Below are positions 1 to 7,558 of a stretch of DNA of 8,778 bases, piece by piece. The position numbers and the translations under genes are program-made. This DNA comes from Azolla caroliniana (Eukaryota > Plantae > Polypodiophyta). Location: positions 1-8,778 of the forward strand of contig JBHGNT010001417.1 in NCBI GenBank assembly GCA_043228905.1, read 5' to 3'. The notes below the pieces were generated by a model that saw nothing but the letters and a program-made list of their open reading frames with translations, had not been told where the DNA came from and searched no databases. Numbering within the stretch: the first letter of the stretch is position 1; every line of letters begins with the position of its first letter.

Positions 1-1452
1 AGGGAAGAAACCCGGGAATAGCTCGAAACCGGTCCGGCTTCGACTAGCATGGTCAATGGCTCGTCCGGAGGAGCAGCGCTAGAGGAGTTGACGCGGGCGA
101 TAAAGGATCTCCAGATCGCCCAGACTCGAAGGGAAGACGGCGAACCGGCTCGTGACCGACGGCCGGCAGCGGGGAACAGGTGCATGTGGTGCGACGAGGT
201 CGGCCACATTCGGAAGGACTGCGGCGATTTTGCAGAGGTGTTGAGAAACCGGGTGGTGTACCTGTGGGAAGGCCGGGTGCACGCTGGCGACACCAAGAGG
301 GCCCTGAGCCGAAACGACGGGCGAGGAGGTATGAAGAGACTGATGGAAGAGGCAGCGGCCCGACACGTGGAGGCCATCCACTACTCGGCGTCAGCCGGTA
401 TTCGGGTCGGGGGCAGCGAGGCCCGAAAGGAGAGTAAAGACGGTTTCTGGTCGGCAATGCTGGAAGGCCTCGCCGGCGCGCGGCTGAGGAAAGATGAAAC
501 GGACCGCGCTGAGAGACGGGTCCGGGAAATAACCGGGTGGAGCGATCCGGTCGAGGAGAAGACGGGCTTCGTAGAAGCCGCTTGCCGGAACTACGAGGCT
601 CTGGTAGAAGAAAAACGAGTAGGGAAAGCCGGAGCGGCCGGGCCCTCACAACGGTACGAGACCCGATTCGGGCAACGACGGAACGATGCCGGTGGGCCCG
701 GCCCGCAAGATAATCCCAGGAAGGGCGGGTACCGACTGGGGACAGAAATAGAAAGGACTACGGACCTACGAAAGGTCCTAGAAGAACGGATCCTCGACAG
801 CAAAGTGGAGCTGTCATTACGGGAGGTGCTAGGGATCGCCAAGAAGGAGTTCCACGACTCCATTGTAGACTTGGTGAAACGGAAGAGACTGTCGACGGAG
901 ACGGAACCGGAAAGACCGGTGGAGGTGCGGACGACGCACATCGACGACTCGGCGCTGGAAGATGAGTGGGCGGAGAGCCACTATTCGAGGCCACAATGGG
1001 CCCGAGCGACCACGGAGACCCCAGTAAAGATCGGAGATGTTCAGGAACTGGTGGTGGCGTTGGTGGACCACGGTTCGGAAATAAACCTAATGTCCATGGA
1101 CTTCTATAAGAAGGGAAAGTGGCCGATCAACACCAGGCACGGGTGGAAGATACGGGCGGCGACGCGCGCCACCGAGGAATTGCACGGGGCTTGCCCGAAT
1201 GTGCGAGTAAAGATCGGCGACGTCGAGATTGACCAGCACTTCTTCGTACAGGAGACGTCCTCGCATCCGGTCATATTAGGGGAACCATACATCACGGCGG
1301 CGAGAATGGAGACCAAGGTGCTGGACAACGGTTCGGCCTACGCGAGGGTCAAAAGCCAGGACGGGCGCCATTCGGTGCAGTTTTGGACGGTGCGACCGAA
1401 CCACGAGAGAAACCGCGAATCCCTCGGTGGCGAGAGCCGGGAGGATTTTTAG
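1..1452 (+). pseudogene. gag: gag C-terminal half fused in frame to aspartic protease (ORF 49-1452)
   Basis: Zinc knuckle CMWCDEVGHIRKDC (CX2CX4HX4C) at 181-222. Retropepsin-like ALVDHGSEINLMS (DHG at 1066-1074) and VILGEPY. An in-frame TAG at 19-21 interrupts the upstream frame, so ATG49 is probably not the native start. Confidence 0.9.
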
Positions 1453-1509
1453 AGAGAGCTGCCAAAGCGTGGGGCCGAGACAGCCCGGACACTCGGAAAA
1501 GACCCCACG
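1443..1509 (+). promoter_or_regulatory. candidate -1 programmed ribosomal frameshift signal (G GAT TTT + bulged stem-loop)
   Basis: Heptamer at 1443-1449 lies directly before the TAG (1450-1452), and the -1 frame is open across and beyond it. CGTGGGG 1468-1474 pairs with CCCCACG 1503-1509; CCGAG 1475-1479 pairs with CTCGG 1492-1496. Confidence 0.7.
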
Positions 1510-2127
1510 ACTGTACGATAGGTAGGGGATTTTGCTTCTCCGACAATGGAGGGTGTATGATAGTCGGCACTGTCGGCCGAGAAAAGACAAGGGCGGAAGT
1601 GCGACTTCGAGCGTGCGGAGTTCTCGGCCCGGACGAGGAAATCAGCGGAGCCGTGGAGGCGGTCTCCTTCGATGACACCTTGGGAATGCTAAGGAAGGTA
1701 GCCGAAGAAGACCTTAACGAAGACAGGACGATACCGGTATGTTCCGAAGAGATGTACGAAGTCATCGCGAACTTCAGTCGGGGGCTCGGGTCGGATCGGA
1801 CGGCCCGAGTTAGCACGAGGTACTGTGGACCGGAAGGTAAGGCCAGTCGCGGCACCCTTGCCGAAGGGCAGCGAGTCCCGAATCAGAAGGGTGGCGTCGG
1901 ACCCCAGTTTACGAGATCCGGCCTGCATAGGACACACCTTCACCGACGGAACGCTCCGGGAGCTCAAAATCGGTGGGGGCGGGTTCCTACTGCCGGCGGA
2001 GGAAGACCGGTTTCGGAGAATGCTCGGAAGGCACGGGAAAGCCTTTGCATTCTCACCGGAAGAGATCGGGTGCGTAGACCCGACGATCATGGAGCCGATG
2101 GTGATATTCACGGTACCGCATGTACCG

Positions 2128-2800
2128 TGGAATCTCAAGCCGATTCCAGTACCGAGAGCTCACATCCCGAAGTTGATGGAGCTATTGAGGCAGAAAGTCG
2201 ATATGGGTATTCTCGAACCGTCGAGCGTGCCATACTCGAACCGATGGTTCACCGTACCAAAGAAAAACGGAACATTGCGCTTCATTCAGGACCTGCAGCC
2301 GGTCAACAGAGTGACCATCCGGAACGCAGGAATCGGACCGACCATAGACGAGTTCACGGAGGCCTTCGCCGGAAGGTCGATTTACTCAGTCGGTGATCTG
2401 TACTCAGGGTACGACCAGTTCCAGCTAGCCGGGGAGAGCAGAGACATTACGACGATGCGAACTCCCCTCGGCCTAGTGCGAATGTGTACCCTGCCACAAG
2501 GAGGGACCAACTCGGTGGCCCACATGGTGAATGCAATGAACAAAGTACTGAGGGATTGCATCCTGGACATCACCATGCCGTTTCTAGACGACGTCCCCAT
2601 CAAGGGGTGCCCGGTGGAAGAGAAGGACGAGGCACTCGGGCCGGACGGATGCCGGCGATTCGTAGCAACACACATCGACGACTGCGAGAAGGTGCTACAA
2701 AGGCTAGAGGATGCGAGGCTCACCTTCTCCGGGGAGAAATCGGCCTTCGGGCAATCAGAAATCCTGGTGGTCGGGCATCTATGTGGACCATATGGCCGGA
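2128..2800 (+). CDS. reverse transcriptase domain (boundaries approximate)
   Basis: Motifs PYSNRWFTVPKKNGTLRFIQDLQPVN, DLYSGYDQ, LPQGGTNS, catalytic FLDD at 2581-2592, and ILVVGH. Confidence 0.95.
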
Positions 2801-3069
2801 AGCCGTCTCCGGCAAAGGTAGAAGCCATCTCCGCGATGAAGACCGACTGTAGCTCGGTTACGGAAGTTCGGAGGTTCCTGGGGGCATGCGCGTTCTACCA
2901 CATATGGATCCCGCATTACGCCCACGTTGCGGAGCCACTATACGGGTTGCTGAAGAAGGGGCAAAGATTCGAGTGGCGAGATGAGCACACGGGGTCGGTC
3001 CGGAAGCTGAAGGAAGCTCTTGCGGCAGCACCGGCGCTCCGGAAGGCTGCCTACGAGAAGGGTACCCCG

Positions 3070-3420
3070 GTATACATAACGGTGGATACGAGCCCGACCG
3101 GGATCCGATGGGTCGTCAACCAAGAAGACGAGGACGGCACCCGGTTCCCGATCCGATTCGGCGCTAAGGTCCTCAGTGAGCGACAGCGAGGGTACGCCCA
3201 GGTTAAACGCGAACTCTGGGGTATCGTTTCGGCGGTAAAGGCGGACAAAGACTACCTGATCGGGACAGAAGTGATTATCGAAACGGATTGCCTGCCGATT
3301 CTTGGCATGGTTTCCGGATGCGCGACACCGGACCTGGCGATGCTCAGGTGGATAGCGTACATCAAGTCCCTGGACCCGGAGATACGACACATTTCCGGAA
3401 AGGACAACGCCATGGCCGAC
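3070..3420 (+). CDS. RNase H domain (Ty3/gypsy type)
   Basis: ITVDTS...KRELWGIV...IETDCLP...RW...HISGKDNAMAD, the D-E-D-D pattern. Confidence 0.92.
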
Positions 3421-3552
3421 CGGATCCGGAAGAAAGCTTACCGATTCTTTCTCCGGGACGGATACTTATGGAAGCACCCGAAGAAGAGGGACGGCGCTCC
3501 GCTCCGGGTGGTGGCGATGAAGGAAGAACAGGAGGAGCTGATGACGACCTAC

Positions 3553-3784
3553 CACGACAGCCCTTGGGCCGGACACCGTGGAACCTGGGCCACGTTCGAG
3601 AAGATAAAGGGGAAGTACTGGTGGCCGGGACTGTACCGGGACGTGCATCGATTCGTGACAACTTGCGAGAGCTGTCAGATGCACTCCATAGTCCGACACC
3701 GGGACGAACTTCACCCTACGTACCCTCCGACCATCCACTTCAAATGGATGGTAGACCTGGTAACGATGCCGATAGGAGTAGGAC
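3553..3784 (+). CDS. integrase HHCC zinc-binding domain and first catalytic strand only
   Basis: YHDSPWAGHRG...YWWPGLYRDV...CESCQ, then WMVDLV. Homology to copy D stops at 3784. Confidence 0.9.
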
Positions 3785-4309
3785 ATGCCGGCAGAGCTCA
3801 TGTTTGGGCAGAAGCCGATCATGCCGATCGAAGGTACGGTCTCCTCATGGGCAACCGTGGACTGGAGAGACGAGATGAGCCGGGAGGAACTGTTGACGGC
3901 GCGCATACGACAGCTCGAGCGGAGACCGGAGGACGTGGAGCAGGCTGCGGAAAAGCTTCGGGAAGCAAGGATGAGGAACAAAGCCCGGTTCGACCGAACA
4001 CACCGGCTCCGACCGAAGAAGATCGAGGAAGGCGACTGGGTGCTAGTCTACGACAGCAGCCTCGACAACCAGCACCGAGCAACGCGGAAGTTCGCAAGAA
4101 GGTGGTTCGGGCCTTACGTGGTACAAAGCGCCAACGACAACGGGACGTACCATCTGGCGGAACTCGACGGCACGAGAGTGGCGATACCGGTAGCTGGGAA
4201 ACGGATCAAAGCGTTCAAGAAGCGTCACGACGACGAGCCAGATCCGGTTAACCTGGACCGGGACGACGAACGATCCGAAACCGAGGAAGAACCGACGGGC
4301 GGGGAATGA
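3785..4309 (+). CDS. integrase C-terminal region with GPY/F module
   Basis: MPAELMFGQKP...GDWVLV...RRWFGPYVV...YHL...RIKAF, followed by an acidic tail. Aligns with 8607-8778. Confidence 0.88.
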   Translation: MPAELMFGQKPIMPIEGTVSSWATVDWRDEMSREELLTARIRQLERRPEDVEQAAEKLREARMRNKARFDRTHRLRPKKIEEGDWVLVYDSSLDNQHRATRKFARRWFGPYVVQSANDNGTYHLAELDGTRVAIPVAGKRIKAFKKRHDDEPDPVNLDRDDERSETEEEPTGGE

Positions 4310-4369
4310 AGGCTAGACCGGTTTTCTCCGTCCCAACACAATTGGGCGCATGCCGGTGGATGCGCGGTT

Positions 4370-4382
4370 AGGTGGGGGCGGA
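4370..4382 (+). promoter_or_regulatory. polypurine tract (PPT) of element A
   Basis: AGGTGGGGGCGGA, 60 nt after the pol stop and directly before TGTCGTGAAG. Confidence 0.75.
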
Positions 4383-4530
4383 TGTCGTGAAGAAAACCGT
4401 CCACGAGCGGAATCGGTGCACCGGAGCGTAGAAACCGACTCGTCATGCACGTGCGCCTTAAGTTGTACATAGGAGATCCTAGGTAGATTCGGTAGGTAGG
4501 GAGTAAAGGGGAAACGGCTCCTTCCTTGCC

Positions 4531-4537
4531 TATAAAA
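4531..4537 (+). promoter_or_regulatory. TATA box in LTR A
   Basis: GCCTATAAAAG, with the same context in LTR B. Confidence 0.75.
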
Positions 4538-4610
4538 GGAGGGAGACGAGGAGGGTAGAAGGATCGCGGAGAGTCGAGGACGAAGTGCTGTCGGTTTGCG
4601 TGCGAAGGCT

Positions 4611-4624
4611 TCTCTCTCTCTCTC
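4611..4624 (+). repeat. (TC)7 microsatellite in LTR A; a second (TC)n run lies at ~4940-4952
   Basis: Read directly from the sequence. Confidence 0.85.
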
Positions 4625-4966
4625 TTTCCGGTTGCAAACGCCATAGCTTCCTTCTGTGCAGGTTTCGGGAGGCTTGTGCTGCTCTGAGGAATGCCCGAGT
4701 GCTTCCGGCAGCACCTCCAACCTGCTCTTTCCCCTCTGTGCGTTTACGAGCAGGTATCGGCATCTGTTCGCCGGCCTATTCGGTTGTAACCGACTTCGTG
4801 TTTGTTGTCTTCGTGTTCTTGTTGTTTGTCTTGTCAATACATACATACTTTCGTGTCTTTCTGTGTCGCTGTCCCACTCGCGTCTTTGCGTCGAAGGGCC
4901 GTGTCCCTGTGAATCTACGCTCGCACGTAGTGGGTCTCTTCTCTCTCTCTCTTACTCTTCGGTACA

Positions 4967-5427
4967 GGACCCCCGAGGTCCCGCCTCACTCCACGCATCC
5001 GCGAGGAATACCTCGACAGCGTTCCTCCCCTTTCTGGGGGTCTCCACCCACTCCATGAAGCCCGCTTCGATAACCGAAGCGTGTCATCGAGCCTGTACTT
5101 CTCGAGGAGCCAACCTTCGAATTCTCCTCAGGTCCGGCACCTAGCATGTACCTCGAGCACCTCTACCTGGATGCCCGGAGTTGCCACCCAAGGGAATCCG
5201 GCCAGTCGGTTGTCCTCTGGGATGTCCCTCATCACCATCTCGGCTAGGTAGGCCTCTAAATAGCTCGCGGTGTTCTTCCCGCCGAACTGGCCTATTGTGC
5301 CAACAATCGCTTTGATGGCCCTATTGAGGGTGCCTGTGCCCTCATAAGCACTTACTATCCAATCAATGGTTGTCGCCATGGCTTTGGCCAACTCTGATCC
5401 CCTCATCTTCGACTCCTCTGCCACCAT
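4967..5427 (-). pseudogene. gag: gag N-terminus of element B
   Basis: MVAEESK...GQFGGKNTASYLEAY...RCRT*GEFEGWLLEKYRLDDTLRLSKR / frameshift / FMEWVETP. The TGA at 5130-5128 is probably a mutated TGG, and a frame change occurs near 5062. It starts right after the PBS. Confidence 0.75.
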
Positions 5428-5429
5428 GT

Positions 5430-5447
5430 TTCACATCGGGTTCACCA
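5430..5447 (-). promoter_or_regulatory. primer binding site, tRNA-Trp
   Basis: Minus strand TGGTGAACCCGATGTGAA, 4 nt after the LTR end ...CACTACA. The plus strand TTCACATCGGGTTCACCA matches the plant cytosolic tRNA-Trp 3' end as I recall it (TTCACGTCGGGTTCA-CCA) at 17/18. Confidence 0.85.
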
Positions 5448-5451
5448 AATA

Positions 5452-6255
5452 TGTAGTGTTGTTACGCTCTCGCGTAGGAAATTAAGGTTGGACCGCAAGG
5501 GCCCTAGACCGAGGAATACCCAAAACAGAGGGAGGATCAAGGTGAAACAATGGACCGGCAAGTACCGACTACCGGCTACCGGCAAGTAGGTACGCAGTGC
5601 TCACCGGGTGAACGATCCTCGACTCATGCTTGCCGGCTCAACGACTACCACGGCAGCGTACGAAGAATGAACAGTAACACAGTCTCGTAAGACGTGCCAA
5701 CAATGGGCCAAGACACACACACAAATACGCACAGGACTCACAAACAAGGAATCGATTAAGACAACTAGGCGAATACAATGCTCTTCGAGATTACAACCGG
5801 CAAACCGGTGAGCGACCACGCACAAACACCCACACACACATACAGCACGCAATGTAGCCTCTACCAAAGCGCACGGGCTTTTCCCCCGAGCAGAGGCAAC
5901 CGACCAAAACCTACAGAGCTCAACAAAGAAAAATGAGAAGAGTGCTTGGTTCCCAGACCAACAGCACTTCGTCCTCCCAAAAACGCGATATATGTTTCAG
6001 CCATCTCCCCTTTTCTTTTATAGGCCGCCGGGGAGGGCCGTCACATCCTGAATACATCATCTTTATTCTCTGTCCCTTCGGACAAAGATACGCATCGATT
6101 TCCTAGCTAATAAATGTGTACTACCTAGTATATTTACATCAGCCAACCTATTCCTAATTATGTACATCTTATCAATACTTGTGCCCGCGCATAAGAGTTG
6201 GTTCATGCATCTTATTCATTGATTCCTCCTTAGGCCGGTTTTCTTCACGGAAACA
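5452..6255 (-). repeat. 5' LTR of element B (~804 bp)
   Basis: Minus strand begins TGTTTCCGTGAAGAAAACCG and ends AACACTACA before the PBS. TATA at 6022-6016. Confidence 0.82.
6016..6022 (-). promoter_or_regulatory. TATA box in LTR B
   Basis: Minus strand GCCTATAAAAG. Confidence 0.72.
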
Positions 6256-7288
6256 TTCGGTCGTCTTGTGACGAGGGAGCGTTTCGGGCGTGCCCATGCA
6301 CCACTCCTCCTCATAAAGCCGTACGAGCATTTTGTGCATGTGTTTGTGTCTTCCTTGTACGTTCGGTCGTCTTGTGACGAGGGAGCGTTTCGTGCGTGCC
6401 CATGCACCTCTCCTCCTCATAAAGGCGTATGAGCATTTGTGTGTGTGCTTGTGTCTTCCTTGTACGTTCGGTCGTCTTGTGACGAGGGAGCGTTTCGGGC
6501 GTGCCCATGCATCTCTCCTCCTCATAAAGGCGTATGAGCATTTTGTGCATGTGTTTGTGTCTTCCTTGTACATTTGGTCGTCTTGTGACGAGGGAGCGTT
6601 TCAAGCGTGCCCATGCACCTCTCCTCCTCATAAAGGCGTACGAGCATTTGTGCGTGTGGTTGTGTCTTCCTTGTATGTTCGGTTGTCTTGTGACGAGGGA
6701 GCATTTCGGGCATGCCCATGCACCTCTCCTCCTCATAAACGCGTACGAGCATTTTATGCGTGTGTTTGTGTCTTCCTTGTATGTTCGATCGTCTTGTGAC
6801 GAGGGAGCGTTCGGGCGTGCCCATGCACCTCTCCTCCTCATAAAGACGTACAACCATTTGTGCGTGTGTTTGTGTCTTCCTTGTACGTTCGACCGTCTTG
6901 TGACGAGGGAGCATTTCAGGCGTGCCCATGCACCTCTCCTCCTCATAAAGCCGTACGAGCATTTTGTGCGTGTGTTTGTGTCTTCCTTGTACGTTCGGTT
7001 GTCTTGTGACAAGGAAGCATTTCGGGCATGCCCATGCACCTCTCCTCCTCATAAAGACGTACAAGCATTTGTGTGTGTGTTTGTGTCTTCCTTGTATGTT
7101 CAGTCTTCCTGTGACAAGGGAGTGTTCGGGCTTGCCCATGCACCTCTCCTCCTCATAAAGGCGTCCGAGCATTTGTGCGTGTAGTTTGTGTCTTCCTTGT
7201 ACGTTCGACGTCTTGTGACAAGGGAGCGTTCGGGCATGCCCATGCACCTCTCCTCCTCATAAAGACATACGGGCATTCGTGTTTGTGT
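6256..7288. repeat. tandem repeat array, ~105/106-bp unit, about 9.8 copies
   Basis: Unit starts (TTCGGTCGTCTTGTGACGAGG...) at 6256, 6362, 6467, 6573, 6678, 6784, 6888, 6994, 7099 and 7204. Confidence 0.97.
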
Positions 7289-7558
7289 TATCATCCCCTT
7301 GTGTGGTCATCTTGCGTGCTCATCTTTGCTTGTACCCATTTGATCACTTGGCTCGTGCGGTAATCTCGAAAACTCGACGAGTCGTGATCAACAAAAGCCA
7401 CTGGCCTCACAAAAGGGGCAACGAGCCCTTGCTCGGGAAGGGGTCGGGAAGTAGTATTGTCGTAAAGCAAACCTCGGGTCTTCTCTATCCCTTCAGTACT
7501 CCCTAGTCCAAGACCCTCGTGGTCCCGCCCAAGTAACACACGTGCGCGAAACTTCGCA
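7289..7558. other. non-coding tail contiguous with the array; possible end of a third inserted element or LTR
   Basis: Abuts RNase H coding sequence abruptly in mid-domain at ...GAAACTTCGCA|ACACCAGAC, with a CA at the junction. Confidence 0.35.

Larger units (their letters stand above)
1450..4309 (+). pseudogene. pol: pol (spacer-RT-RNase H-integrase), disrupted by frame changes at ~1824 and ~3784 and an in-frame deletion at 3420/3421
   Basis: Three consecutive frames (1383 ORF to ~1823, 1825 ORF to ~3784, 3785-4309 ORF) stitch into one gypsy Pol. Confidence 0.92.
1..4966 (+). mobile_element. Ty3/gypsy LTR retrotransposon, element A (5' part outside window; non-autonomous deletion derivative)
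   Basis: Domain order is gag CCHC - PR - RT - RNase H - integrase (gypsy order), followed by a purine tract and a TG-starting LTR with TATA box. No chromodomain follows the GPY module. Confidence 0.95.
4383..4966 (+). repeat. 3' LTR of element A (~584 bp, TGT...ACA; right end inferred)
   Basis: Starts TGTCGTGAAGAAAACCG after the PPT. Shares start motif, TATA and a 16-mer with LTR B. Ends GGTACA where minus-strand gag-like sequence takes over. Confidence 0.78.
4967..6255 (-). mobile_element. related Ty3/gypsy element B (5' LTR-PBS-gag N-terminus), interrupted by element A
   Basis: Minus-strand order is LTR, PBS, ATG, gag-like ORF. Confidence 0.88.

Noticed and set aside
3420-3785. Deletions in A as spliced-out introns
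   Set aside because: The corresponding segments in copy D do not begin with GT, and they encode conserved protein.
53-4228. Antisense and alternate-frame ORFs over gag/pol, including the 1383 ORF after 1824 and the 1825 ORF after 3784
   Set aside because: These are shadow ORFs of GC-rich coding sequence or out-of-frame read-through past deletions, with no motifs.
4352-4359. Kissing-loop partner (CCGG) for the frameshift stem-loop
   Set aside because: Only 4 bp of complementarity, and CCGG is very frequent in this element.
4570-4592. GAGGACGAA as a retrozyme hammerhead in the LTR
   Set aside because: It reads GAAG rather than GAAA, and there is no upstream CUGANGA box.
4225-5144. ORFs across LTR A as env-like or extra genes
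   Set aside because: They lie in low-complexity LTR sequence and several cross element junctions; hydrophobicity comes from GT/CT-rich tracts.
5430-5447. tRNA gene
   Set aside because: Only the 18-nt 3' end including CCA is present, adjacent to an LTR, so it is a PBS.
6265-6320. Hammerhead-like motifs on the minus strand (TTTATGAG...CGAAACG...CGTC)
   Set aside because: The core CUGANGA is not intact (TTTATGA), and stems I and II cannot be formed.
6355-6372. GTTCG as a Pol III B-box (tRNA/5S/SINE array)
   Set aside because: No A-box, cloverleaf or consistent GTTCRANNC consensus.
6256-7288. CRISPR array
   Set aside because: Units are near-identical over their full length with no unique spacers, there are no cas genes, and the context is eukaryotic TE sequence.
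6172-7294. Long ORFs on both strands in the array (up to 242 aa)
   Set aside because: They are a by-product of a stop-poor unit; frames shift between units with the 105/106 indel and show no domain.
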